Source: Klebsormidium nitens
Taxonomy: Eukaryota > Plantae > Klebsormidiophyceae
DNA: 64,000 nucleotides
Assembly: GCA_000708835.1 (NCBI GenBank)
Contig: DF237215.1
Span: 1-64,000, forward strand
Direction: 5' to 3'
Of the stretch, positions 1 through 13,100 are shown one piece after another. Numbering within the stretch: the first letter of the stretch is position 1; each line of letters opens with the position of its first letter. Made by a program: the position numbers and the translations under genes. The notes under the pieces were generated by a model, which saw only the letters and a program-made list of their open reading frames with translations, did no database searches and was not told where the DNA came from.

Positions 1-22
1 CGCAACCTAAAGCGCGACTTAC

Positions 23-3000
23 CTGGTCGAGGGAGCCAATGAAGGAGAAGCAGACGCACAGGATGATCGTGAAGACGAGTGCGCGGATCGGCTCGTTCTT
101 GGCGCTCACTTTCTTCATGGGCCGCAGGAACGAGATGATGTCGTCCTTCGCAATGGCCTGCGGAACGAACGGAACGAGTGAGCAGCGGAACGGAAAAGAA
201 GTACATCGAGCGCTAAGGCTCCGCTCTTGGCGCTCGAGTCCTTCGAAACGATGCCGGCGTCCTTGGCGATGGCTTGCAGAACGGAACGGAACAAAGGATT
301 GGACAGTGAACGGAAAGCGGGACCTCTGAAGATAAGCCCGGGCTCGCTCTCCGCGCTCACTTTCTCATGGCCGCAAGACCAAAGAGACCTTTGCATTTTG
401 ACCAATGGCGTTCGGCTTGGAACGGAATTGCTTGCAAAGCGGCACGGAAAGAAGAATTGGGTGCACAGAGGCTCCATTCTTGGTGTTCACACTTTGCGTG
501 GGCAACTGTTTGCAGATAACATTACCCCCGTCATGATGACCAGTGGATTTGTAAGGAACAAGGGTGGGAAGCAGAACGCATGAAGCCATTGCGAATATTG
601 AACCGATAAATTGGGAATGCCTCCTAGGCAGTCGGAAAGGGAGAAGAGATGGTAAAGGACGAGACAGAGCTGATAACGACACCCGACATCATGATAGAAC
701 GACAAAACTCCATTATCAGGAGCTCAAGCTAAATACTCGACAACCGACCTTCTCAAACCTTCTTCGTAAGGAACGGGTTTCCCCAAGCAACGGTCAATCC
801 GGAAAGCTTCAATCATTGCAGAAACCTACGGCTCTCTCCCTTACTAACCACCTGCAACAGCTTGGGCGCTGTTCTCATAATCTGACCTGCTCAGATCTCC
901 TTAAGCAACGGGACCAGAAGATACACAACCATTGAGCCGCAGATACTCCCTAACACACGGTTTGTTGCTAACGCACCCGCAGTAGCTTCAGCGCTGTGGT
1001 TTAAGCACTGTAGCGTATGCCAGGCTCGCAAAGATGATTCTCTAACAATCCACAAAGTTGAGTTTCAGTCGCTAACCCACCTGCAGCAGTTTAGGCGCCG
1101 TGATCAAGCACTGTAGCGCCTGCGCCAGACTCGCAATGATGATCCCAATCTGCGTCACTTTAGCCACCGGCCACACAATGTCCGGAATCACCTGTCACCA
1201 TCAAACAGCGCCGTGTTGCCTCCCTTGTTGACATTACATGTTCCAAAAACGGTAAGGCATTTTTATTCGTGATCCCATTGGCCGAAACCCTTACCGGGTT
1301 GACCGCGTTGACCGAGATCGAAACTTGAGCGACTAATCCCCTACTAACCCCAGCAGATTCCCTGCTTCGAAAGCGCGAAACTCTTAACCCCATACTAAAC
1401 CTTTCGTCGCAGTTAACTTCCAAGGATCGCAAAACTTCCAAGGGGGAGGACTTTCTAGTTAAGTCATCAAAACAAACCACTAGAAGATGGAACATGATTC
1501 TAAAAGGGAAAAGAAGGCTTCTGCAATCAAGCAGCACTTTATGGGCTTCAACCAAAACGTGACAACCGAAATGCTTTTCTGTCTAAGACGTGCCTTTGTC
1601 GGCGATCACGGTGCATGTTTTCTACATGCGTTCCTGGTAGGTGCGGACGCAGGTTTCGAGAGATCAGCCCAGCAAGATTTTGCACGCGGCCCACTTTAAG
1701 CCAGTCAAAGCCTTGGGGTTCGTCAGAAACTTACGTGATTGTGAGAGTGCTTTCCTGGGCCTAGCTGAGTATCAGTACCATGTGACAGGCTTGTGACGAA
1801 TGCAACCCTAACCAACGAACCGGCTTCTTCGTAATCCGTATTTGTTGCAGGTACAATGGTTTGCATCGTCTCCAGCATTCATGGCTGAACAACCAAACCG
1901 CTCAAATACTCCTGAAGACGAACCTGAGAATCCACGTTCCCGGAAAGCAATCGGCGTCCGCCGGGCGTCTGGAGCGGTTCGAGATTTCCCAGCAGGTAGT
2001 CGCGGGTGCCAACAGCCCCCCAGAGGCACATGTAGGTGACGTAGATGAACTGCGGAAGAACGCATCAATCAGCAATGACTTTGACGAGGTAGAAAGCAGG
2101 TGGAACAGAAGGACGGCCAACAAAAAAGAATCGTTTTAAAACCCTCGGTCGTTGGAAGCAGTCGGGATATCAGCAAAGCCTAGGTAATGCTGGTTGCAAG
2201 AGACCGGGTGAAAGTCGCGTTGCATCGCACGGAAAGGTTCCGGATAGCCGATATGGAAAAGGTGGAACAACACATCTGCCATACGTCTCAGCGCCAAGCA
2301 GGCCCTAGTAGTGGTGAAACACAGTGATGCATTGTTGATTGCAAGTCCAGCCGCTTGCCTACGCTACATATCTTTGAAGGACATAAACTGCCGAATAAGG
2401 GAAGTGACTCCGGGGGGTGGAAGGCTTGTGCAAAAGTTCGAGGGAATGTAGGATAGAATCAGAACCAAAACCAAGACTCTGAACTCTCTCGTGTAAGAGA
2501 AACCCGGTATGACCCTTTCCACTCCCAGGGGCGTCATTAGAAGGGAGAGGACGTCAGAAAAGAGCAGACTTGATGCGGTGAACCGCTCGAAGATTTAGTT
2601 GGGGCGCAACACTTGGAACGCGTCCGGGTACAACGCGCCCTTCGGACTTGTGACTCTCATTAGCGGATTCATGGGCGGAAAGAGAAACGGAACCACTACC
2701 TGTTTCTTTTGGATAGCTACAGACGGCATGACGGTTGAGCAAAACGAGCACACGGATTTAAATGGACAAAGAGTTCCAGTCGGGGACCTCGAATCGTGCC
2801 CCTACCGACCCCTGCACTCGGGTAATACCACTGAGGGCCAATTCAGAGTGTGATTGCCAGGTTCCAAGCGATGTTGGCCAAGAAGGACTTATGTTTGATT
2901 CCTATATGCTATCGCCGACGGGAATCAACTCCTGACGAATGGCTCTCCTTCCAAATGTCTGTATGACTGTTCTTAAACACTACGCTGCCTGCAAAGTGGG

Positions 3001-6000
3001 AAACCAAGGAGAGTAATAAACGGGGAGAATGAGTTGAGACGCTCACGCTGCTCAAAGTGATGGCTCCAATCGTCCCCCGGGGGACGGACACCTGGGGCTT
3101 CTTCAAGTTGCTGGCACGGTCCGCGCCACTGCAGACAAGAGCTTTCGTTCAGAAGGGCTATTATCGCTTTCTTGACGTTCGTAACGATATGGAAGCAGCA
3201 TCCAGAGGTTGCTGTTCTAAAGGAACTTGGAAAGTGAAAACCTCGTCGCTCACTCAGCATACCAGGGTAAACATTGCGAACAGTAAACACGGTCTCCACC
3301 CAAATTCCTCCACTAAATTGCTTCAAAAGCAGGTGATTATCTGTGAGGCTTGCCTGCCGTCAGAAGGGAAGGTCGACCGGCTAGCAGGCACTATGTAAGG
3401 AAGGGAATAGACGGCTGCCATTTACAACGGCCCCCCGTATTCCCTTCGACACAAAGAAACAGAGAATCGACACAACCACTGCAAAGAATGACAAAACGCT
3501 CTTCCACGCAGAGCATTTTCCCAATCACCTGAGGATCCCGGTGTAGCACGGGAAGAACACGGAAAGAGCGACCGGGAAATTGACCCCCTTTTCATAACCC
3601 GGGCCCCAATTCGCTTTGAACGTCTCCCAAGACAGACCGGTGAGCTCTGGCGGACGGCCGCCCTTGGGCGCGAGGAACAGGCCCATGTAAAAGGAGGCCA
3701 TCGTGAGTAGAACCACGCCGAAGAAGACGACGCTCAGCTTGGACACGAATTTGAGGCCGACCAGTACCTGGAGGTGAACAGTCGCATTTTCAGATTTAGA
3801 AGTAAAAGTGTTGGGAAACGCGTTTTGATTCGTGTGAAAGGAGGCCATTGTGCACAGGAATACGCCGGAGACGACGCTCAGCTTGGTCGACACATAATTT
3901 GAGGCCCAGGAATTGAACAGGAACAATTAAAAAAGTCCAGAAGTCAAAGAATTCGCAGGAAAGGGTTGCATTTGCCTTCCAAAACAACGCCATATGAGGA
4001 GAATGACGCCGAAGAAAGACAACGCTCAGCTTGGGCACGAGCTTGAGCCCTACCAGCACCTGCGAAGAACGAGGTAAGTAGTCTCGAAATCAAGAACGTA
4101 AAAAATGTGAAGGACCAGGTTTAGATTTGCTAAGCAAAGCAAGACTATAATAAGGAGGACCACGCCGAAGAAGACAAGGCTAAGCTAGACACAAACTGGA
4201 GGCCCAGCGGTACCTGTGAATTGTGGACGATTCAGACTGGATTCCAACTCAAACTCGAATGATTTTGGAGAACGGGTTTCACTCCGCCCCGCACGAGAAA
4301 AGAAGACTTCAGGCCCACCACCACCTGCGGAGATGAAGCTTCTAACCTTCAGCTTTGAAAGCGGTTTGATAGAGGATTTAGGGACACGGCATTCTATTCG
4401 CCTCACCGAAAGAACGCCATCGTGAGCAGATTGGTGAATCTTTTAAACGTGAGGAATTCAAAGAGCGGATTCGGGTCCAGAAACCATGTATGCAAACGCT
4501 ACTGGCGTGTCCCACGATGCTAGATTGGTGAATATTTGCGGAGTAGTAAGAAGAGCCGTTTCTAAAGCCCCCGCTCTCCTCTTGAACAGAATCTCGACAG
4601 AAGTGAATGCCACCAGCGCGTGTCCTGGACTTCGCTCGAATCGAAAGAGTAGAAAGACAAGCAGGACATTTCGCTCACCAGGAGACCCAAAGCCAGCACG
4701 ATGATTGCCCCAAAGATGCGGTTCGACGAAGGGAAGGCCAGGGCAGGAAAGGCCGACTCCAGGACTTCGACCGCTCCCAGTGCCTGCACCATAGAGTACA
4801 ATCAAAATCTTGCTGCCGATTCCCAAGTTGGAAGGGTCCCTCTACCTCACCACTGATAACATTCCGGGCTAATGCTTTCGGCATAGCTCTATGGATACAA
4901 GGCAGCAAAACGCGACCCCTGACAAGAAGGAAAAAGAACCGCAACACAACCGCGGCCTGAAGTTACTCTGTTGTCCGTTTGTAACTCAAGCGTATCTGCC
5001 AGCGACTGCTCTGAATGCTCTGTACATCCGTTTCGTTTCGCGTTCTTATGCTTAGCCCCGTCAGGAAGTCTTCCATGTCATCTCTGTACCTATTCTTTTG
5101 AGCGCCCTGTGTCTTGCTCCAAGCACCGGATTTCCCTTGTGGAGGTCCTGCCTCAACTATCTCGAAATGCAACCTGTGATGCTTCCCCTCCCAACAACTC
5201 TCCGGTGTCCTCTCAAGCACAGCTCATGGTGTCCTCTTAAGCACAGCAAACCTGTGATAATCCCCCGGCCCGCCCAAACTTATGTTCGAATCAACTCTGC
5301 AAGCTCGACACAACCACCTTTTTGTGATGAATACATATCATGACTCATCAGTTCCTCACCTCCAGGACAGCGAGAAGGGACACTCCCAGGAAGTACATGA
5401 ATCCAACGGCACCCCCAATGCGCGGCCCCAGCGCACGACTAATCAGGAAGTAGGTGCCACCCTCGCGCGCAGGCCCGTTAGTGACGATGGCACTCAGGGA
5501 GAGTGATGTCAGCAGAGCGCAGAGGAGCGAGATGGCCACAATGACTAACGACTGCGAAGAGAACGAAACAGGGGTATGTAAATTAATGAGACACGTTGCA
5601 CATGCTGCGGTAGATGGAATGGTGGATGGTAGAATTGGCTCTCCGAATATGTGCCTGGTCCTCCGACTGAAAGTTGATCAAATCATCGAGCAAAGGTCTG
5701 CAAAATCCGTTTGTCCAGCACCCTGTGAAAGGTCCCATTGCATTTGATTGTAAAGGCAGGTTCGAGGCTCTTGACGAAGTCTCGATGCAGTTCAGAGGAC
5801 ATTCACAACAGACTCAGAGCGCCTGTGGACATCTCCATCTGCAAGCCGTTTCATTACCAACTGACCGACAGTTGTCAGAAATTTCAGACGACTCCCGAAA
5901 AGGCTGTTGGTACAGCCTGACACTTCTTGATTTTCACACACAAGCAGACCACTGGATGTATGTGCCTCAGAGGAGCTTAGACCAAATTCGTAGTTGGAGC

Positions 6001-6971
6001 CGAGCTCACCTGCCAGATCCCCGCGTTTCCGACAATGTAGTAGAAGCGCAGGAAAATAAGGACGCCCCACATGTTCTGCAAAAAAGGACTTTTGGGATCA
6101 GTATGCAAGCGCTACAGTATAGCTATCTTCAGAACTCGGTCGGTTGTCAGCAACCCTCGCTGTGCTCCTTGTGTCCAAGGATCCGTTTCGCTTAGAACAT
6201 GGCCGAGGACTGGTGGAGAATGATACGTCCCACCAAAAACAGTTTTGCAACTAGATACTCAAACAGGGCCCCTGATGCATCATCCAGCGTGGCTAATTTT
6301 GCAAACGTAAGTAGCCTGAAGTACAAACAGAATGCTCTTCTCCGGAGTGCATGGTCACCGGTCCCATCAAAGCCTCTGATTTAACATGTATGTTTTCGTC
6401 TGTCGTCATGCACACTTTGCATTAGCGAGATTCTGGCTTGTGCAGATTTTTCAAACCCAGTTCAACTGTACTTGCCCAGTTCTAGTTAGAAGGGTCAGCA
6501 GCCTGCAGTGCACTCTGCGGCGTCTCCGTTTAGCGCTCCTCAAGGAAAACTGTTCTGTGGCCAGCTTGCGGAGTTGCCTAACAGCTTATCCACTGCAAAT
6601 CATCTCATGTCTGTGCATACCTCGCAGGTGGGGATGAGCACCCCATTCAGCGTTCCGAGAGTCGGCGCATGCTTTGCCGGTGCGTTCTTGATCCTCTTCA
6701 CGCCATCCTCGCTTCCCGTATCGCTCCTTGCCCCGCCCGACCTTTTCCGCCAGACTCCCCTATTTCCCCCGTCCACTGCATCCCCATTGCCTTTACTTTT
6801 CCCCTCAAAGCCTCCTGTAAAGCCCCATCTAGACTTGGGAACCCCTAAAGCTTCCTCGCCGTTAGCCACAACTGAAGTCTCCGGAATAGATGCTTCATGT
6901 GTTGAGTGGGGGCCGGGAACGGACTGCTTGCCAGCCAGGCCGGCCTCGAGACGCTCTAGATGATTCTCCAT
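23..6971 (-). CDS. CCC: Cation-chloride cotransporter (SLC12/CCC family), 3'-partial. Exons 6621-6971, 6010-6075, 5360-5551, 4679-4783, 3529-3767, 3047-3128, 1924-2049, 1081-1191, 23-157; continues beyond position 1
   Basis: The spliced translation contains SLC12 hallmarks: LGTLNGVLIPTCE|NMWGVLIFLRF, GGTYFLISRALGPRIGGAVG, FFPCYTGILS|GADRASNLKKPQVSVPRGTIGAI and QALQCLITAPKLLQ|AIAKDDII. All joins are GT-AG with consistent phase. Confidence 0.93.
200..1040 (-). repeat. Degenerate intronic copies of flanking CCC exon ends: about 3 acceptor-side copies of exon 23-157 and 2 donor-side copies of exon 1081-1191
   Basis: Minus strand 208-276 reads GTTCTGCAA-GCCATCGCCAAGGAC (true exon: TTCCGCAG-GCCATTGCGAAGGAC). 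335-409 and ~463-500 echo AAGAAAGTGAGCGCCAAGAACGAGCC. 967-1040 and 844-875 echo CAGTGCTTGATCACGGCGCCTAAACTGCTGCAG|GTGGGTTAG. Confidence 0.8.
3835..4330 (-). repeat. Four degenerate tandem copies of the acceptor plus 5' end of CCC exon 3529-3767, ~110-155 bp period
   Basis: CAG-GT(A/G)CTGGT(C/A)GGCCTCAA...AAGCTGAGCGTCGTCTTCTTCGGCGT recurs with AG at 4060-61, 4214-15 and 4325-26, plus a copy at ~3835-3915 with no intact AG. Confidence 0.85.
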
Positions 6972-7199
6972 GATGCCTAACCTGCAGACCCGTTGGTGGT
7001 TAAAAAGAAGCTGCATGTAGTGGCTCAGGAGGACATTGCACAATAGAGGTGTGAGGATTGAGTGTGCAGATAGTCTCTGGTGCACTTGTTCAGGTGACTA
7101 ACAATTCAATTTCGTGTACGACAGCTGAAAGAGCGGGGAAGAAGAACTGCCTTCAAAACTGGACACCCTTGTATGAGGGGATGCAGTAGTCTTCGTTGC

Positions 7200-10100
7200 T
7201 ATCCGGAGCCATCTAAAAGTGAGCTTCAAAGGCGACAGATGCTTTTCGGCCATTGCAGATCAGGGGAGCATTGGGCGGAGACTAAGTGAGCAAGCTGGGC
7301 TAGTGACCGAAACATCTGCAATGCGGCATTCAGCCCCTGATCAAACACCTCACCACAGCATACACAAGGATTGCCACCCATGCCCGAAGAAACATCACAA
7401 GTTCAGAAGATACAAGTTAACCCCCGAATGCTGTTATAGGTATTCAACTTCCTTCGCCAACGCCATCGAGAACATATTGACTGCTCAAAGAGCCAAAGTT
7501 TCAAGAGTTACCTTCTCATGCAATCATTAGATTTCTTCACTTTACTTGCGATCTCGTCCATTTTGTGCATTTGCAATCAGGTAAATAGGTGACTACCTTG
7601 GTGATCCCTTGGTCTGCAGACTGCAAGGCTGCCACACAAGGGAGACCAGCTAGATGTCGACATCTCTGCAGAAACAAAAGCACTTCCGTCCGGACACACT
7701 TACCTAAACTTTGCTGTTGCTTTCAAACGAGCAGCTTCGCAGTCAGAAGTAGTTGCTTGGAGAAGAGAGGAAGAAGCTGGCAGAAATACACCGCTGCCAG
7801 GACGGGTCAAGGCTATCGTGAGCTTTAACATGGGCACCTTCAAGAAGCTTTAACAGGGGCACCCTTCATTAAGAAATCTACACGTCTTCTTCATTTCAGG
7901 AGCTCTTCACAGAACTGAGAACAGCAGAAAGCAGGCATTGAAACATGCGCCGCGCCACATTGCAGTACCTAGCAAGCTGGTCCCCACTGCAAGCCTGAGG
8001 CTATTAGGACTCCAAACCCCTCTTCAGTGGCCTGATCATGGCGCCATTACCTACCCTATCCAGCGAATGAGATGCGTCTGAGGTAGGTATCTAGCGTAAG
8101 CGATGAGCACATATTCCCAGAAAACCTCCTGGCGCGAAGGGGTTGCGGCGACCGGTTGCGGGTACCTATTGGAGGCCACTGGCAGGTCTTGCCAGTAGCT
8201 GGTGAATGTGGCAACGTTCGCGTGATGCACAAGGGCTTCCAAAGTCCACGTCAGCTTCATCGGAGGCTTTGGTCCGTCGATGATGGATGACAAGGCAGAT
8301 CCGCCTACCACGTGCCTGGAGTGTTCACTCCCCGCGAGCTCATATGAACATTAGCCTTTAAGGCTTAGGCTTCTGACACGGCCCTTCTTGCTTGCTGTAG
8401 CGCCGAGTACCTGTAGGCTGTAGGAGCGCCTGGAGGAGGATGCCCAAGGGCGAGCCTTTAGTGAGGGGGCGTCTTCAAACTCTGAAATTCTTTCGGATTG
8501 GTGAAGAACGGAAGGCGCATAGAGAAGGCTTTGCTTTCATTACACTCACATTTAGTTGCTGGAAGCACCGAGACCTTCCGCATGCTGAAAGTATTTAAAT
8601 TGGATCCTCTAGCTGCTTGCAAAGTTGATGCCGCCACAGCAGTTCCTTCTACATATTTCCGGCAACATAGGACCTTTTTTCAAACAATTTGGATCTGCAA
8701 TATTTCACACTCTGCACCTCGACTGGTTAGCACCTCCCAATCACATTATGTATGATTTGACTTAGATTCTGACGACTTGGCAATGACTCTCTAAAGATCC
8801 TGCTATGGAACATTTGACGGGACTCTGAATTGCTTTCACAGACAAATTTGATTAGGCCTCAATCAGTGATGCGGCTCTGATTGGGAAGGACTTCGTCGTG
8901 CAACCAGCATTGAGCTCAACTTGGGAACGAATCGTTTGGGTTGTCTCAAGAATACAACAATTTTGTATTGGTCAAGAGCAGCGCCATGTCGTTGGCAGGC
9001 GGGGTAGCTACATCAATAGTTCTTACCTCGGACAGAAATGAGCGCAAGCGGATTGCAAGTAGAACGCGTTCAGCAACATTCCAGGCACCAAAAAAGTCGT
9101 CAGGTTACACCGCTCCCACCCTCCTTGGACGCCGGCCCCATCTTCACAGTCTTGGATCCTTTTCTAGCAGCAGCAAAAGGACGAAGGCATCTGCAAGAGC
9201 TTCTCATAAGAATGGGATAGAAAGCAGCATTGGAAAAGATAGGCGCAGCGAAGCTCCAGTGGGCAACACTTCGAGCAGAAAAGGGGAGGCAGAGGGCAAG
9301 AGGCCGTCATTTCTGCGGCGGTGGTTTTTGTGCTCACATGGTGTGTGAGGACTTCTTCTTCAAGGCGTCATGTGTGGAGTGAGGTTCGTTTGTCGATATT
9401 CCAACGATGTTGTAGTGGCTTTCTCAGCAGTGATTACCTCGCTCAGAACTCTATATTCATGATGCCACCTATAAATGACCTTAGCAACAAACGATGGTTT
9501 TTCCTGCCACACCGTTGTGCTGAAAAACCTGCTGATACTTCTGGACAGCACAGGTCAATAATGAGCGACAACATTGACGTTCTTGATCAGGCTACATAAT
9601 CTGATCTTGTTGGAGCAACTAGTATGCAGCCTTGCAGATTGAATGTCCATTGATCAATGGACATATCTTGCTAGCATTTGATCAGATCTGCTCCTGCATT
9701 GCATTCGGAATGGAGGATTTGCCCTTGATCAATAACGTCTATGTTTTTGCCCATCGTGAGTGCAGGTACGGAACGACTGTCCCCCGACTGTCCGCCCTTG
9801 ACAACCTTGACATGCTAAGCGAACCTTATGTTCGAGCAGCATAACCAGGACGCCGACACTGGCAGTGCATTATACAATTTATAAGCGAGCTTGCAGCTAG
9901 GACGCTTCTTAGTCACCAGCCATGTTGAAAACACGACGGTTGGACGGTTTGCAGCTAGCGAGTTGCTGTTGCCAGTCAATTGCTGCCTCAAAGGTATACC
10001 TGAAGGTGGAGGCGTGGAACCTTGGGGACTCATCTTCAGTGGGACCCTTGCGAATGGCAAGTCGAAGTTTGTACGTTGAAAAGAATTGTGGTTAAGTGGC

Positions 10101-13100
10101 TACTACTGATTCCCCGGCCTTGGGAGTAGAATTGCTTTTGCGCGGCCTGTAATAGACTCTTATTCTAACTTTCGATATAGTGAAGTTAAGCTCGTGCATC
10201 CACCCATGAAGATAGAGTTTCCCGAACCATTGATATATTTCCTTAGCGTGCGCAAGCGATGATCTGAGTCACTGATAAGTCTGAGGTTCAGCCTCGGGAC
10301 TGTAGTATATGAATCATGTCTAAGTTGCCACCATGCATATTACCTGCTTTGAAGTTCAGCCAGGCAATTGAGGACCTGGCATATAGGTGCACCTGTATGC
10401 CAGGTCATGACGCGTGCGGTCATGTATACATATCATATATATGCATGACAATGATGATGTGAAACGCCTCTGAGCAGAATGCACATCAGGTATACTATAA
10501 ACGTACCATGCTACGGAGCCAGATGCATGTATATAGTAGCCCACACCCCGGCCGCAGCATTAAAATTACGTCGAAGTCACCGGCCGATTAACTCATGTGG
10601 TTGTTCAATTATGTGGGCCCGCGCATGTGTTGCATGCACAAGCGGGTCGGATGGGATCATGCGCACTCAGGCTCGGTTGGTTTCGCAAGGCCGGACTAAA
10701 GCATTGCATGAATGCCACTTTAACGTACATACCCTAGGCCGTTTGCATCAACGCCAATGATAGTAACTTCTCATTGCCAGAGGTAACGCCTTTAGCCACG
10801 TTAGAGCCATGGAGCACAGCCTTCGGCAGACCCGGGATAGTTTGTTGACTCGATACAGTTTGCTACGGCTGTGATTCATGTCCGGATCCTCAATCTGACC
10901 GTCGTTGAGAAAAGTATAAGAAAACTAGACTCCAGCTATGAGGAGAAGCGACTCATCGATCGAATATCTGATCCTAGTATCATTGCATGAACCCTTTTAG
11001 CAACACCATGAGCTCAGTGCACAGTTTCCATTTCATTTCATAGTAGGAAAGTCCTGGCTACTCAAAATATCAGGCCCGAAATAGAGGGGCCTCAGTGCCT
11101 ACGAACCGCGGGTCCAGGTTCATGCTCGAGCTCACATGGGATCCATGAGAGGGGCCCGTTGGCTGGACGGTTGGCCCGAACAAGCGCTCTGCATCCGCTA
11201 GATGTATCTTTAGAACACACAATCTAGATAAAGGATGGAGCATGATCAGGGCAGATTCGTGTATTCCAAGTTCTAGCGACCAGTTTTGTAGCAAACGGCT
11301 AGAACTCGTCACACTGTAGGCCTCCTCAATAGACGGTCGGTGAGCCAAAACGGCCCCGCAATTCCTCGCATACTCGTCACCAGATGAAAATCGTAAATGG
11401 CTCTGCCTTTACTTGGTAAGATTATGCAGACCTCAAGGTGTCGTTTGGCTCCAATTGGCTGCTCTGTGGGTAAATAATCGCACTTGCCTGCTTCCCCTGA
11501 GTCAAGGTCTTCATCCGGCAATTGCAGCCGGTCCTGAGCCAAGCGTGTGGGCTTTTGCGTTATGTCATGGATCTCGTAGCTCGAGAAATTGACAAAGTCT
11601 TTGTACCTGCATCCAATGAACGCGAAGGTGTCCATGGCTTACTTCGGAGAGCCATGCGAGCAGCCTTTGGGTTGACACTCTCCTTGTATCGGACCACCAC
11701 ACCCCTTGCTTCAAAGTCGGACGTCAAACATCTTCCAGGAATGGATACGTGCGACACCGATTCTGGAAGCTGTAGCGTACATTGTTGCGCTTACCGTGTC
11801 TTGAACTTTAGGCAGAAGTGTCCGAAGTGGTACAGGTCCGAAGGGAATCCAAAGTAGCAGGGCAGAGACGAGCCCCCGAGGGTGCCTTCGGCATTGGCAA
11901 AGTGATACAGCACCTACGCAAAAGATAAATCAGGAGTCAGGCAATGCTCCCAGCGTTTGGGCGACAGACTTTAGCATTGCTGGCTCATCGCCTCTGCCTT
12001 CGAGTCTCGGGCTTTTACGCCAACTAATGGTTGTTCTTCACGACCGAACCAACAACTCAGGACTTCGGGTGTTCACGCATGCAGTTTGAGTCTTCCTCAG
12101 ATATTGCAGTTTCCAATGAAAGCGAGGCCGGCCTTTAGGATTGAATGCGCGTTTGCTGCGCATCTTCAAGCCTGAACATTAGAAGAGAAGCCGTGTGATC
12201 ATTAGAAGAAAAGCCGTGTGATCAACCATCACGGAACATCGGACAGTGACACGCCCGCAAAAGCCTAGAAGCGCGCCAAAGCAACATCTATCGTACCTCA
12301 ACGCCATGATCGGGTCGTGGAAGATCGTTGAATTGAAGGGCCTGCACTTGAGCCTCCACAGCAGCGATTGCGGAGAGCTGCAACAATCGGAGGCAGGATC
12401 AAAAACAGTGGGGTCCATATTTGTTGAGGAGCGCCTGTCAGATCGAAATCGTCAGAGCTTGGTGGCAATCGTGCCTTCTTGCGGCTTGCCGTTGACAACT
12501 TGAAGTTCAGGCATTCAATAAGATCATGACATGGTCGATCTTTCTACCCGCTTCATGGTGCCCAGTCAGAAGGGGACAGCAGACCATGGCCTCAAAGCTA
12601 CCCATACGCCGGGGCTTGCGAGCTACTAGATCCTGCTTATCTTTTAGCTTACATGGCAAGCCTGATATCTCAACAAGTAATAGAAGCAACAACTGACACC
12701 ATGGAGTAAAAGGCCAGTAACGAGGTTGCCTGATCAAGGGTCCTCGGAGTTCCCACCTCTGGGTGCGGCGTCAAGAGGGGTCCTGAGTCTGCTGCATCAT
12801 TTCGATTGATGCTGTCCTGCCAAGGAGTGTGCACCTAAGTCAGCACTGCTTCTCTTCACTCACGTAACTTGCACATATGACATCCTCTTCACATTGAGCT
12901 TGCTAGCTCAGGGCAGGAATCTCAAATCATCTGGGAGTGGTGCAGGCAGATCATGGGCTGACATCTCAAGAGCTGCAGCATTACTGTGAATCACTTAAAT
13001 GGCACTTGATTCTGAAGCATACCTTATTGAGCGGAGGGGAGTCGGCTACAGTATCGTGTGAGAGTGATTGGCGACTCAGCCACTCCGGCAGTTTTGGGGG

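Noticed and set aside
6210-6255. Possible echo of CCC exon 6010-6075
   Set aside because: The similarity is too short and ambiguous; it resembles two different exons equally.
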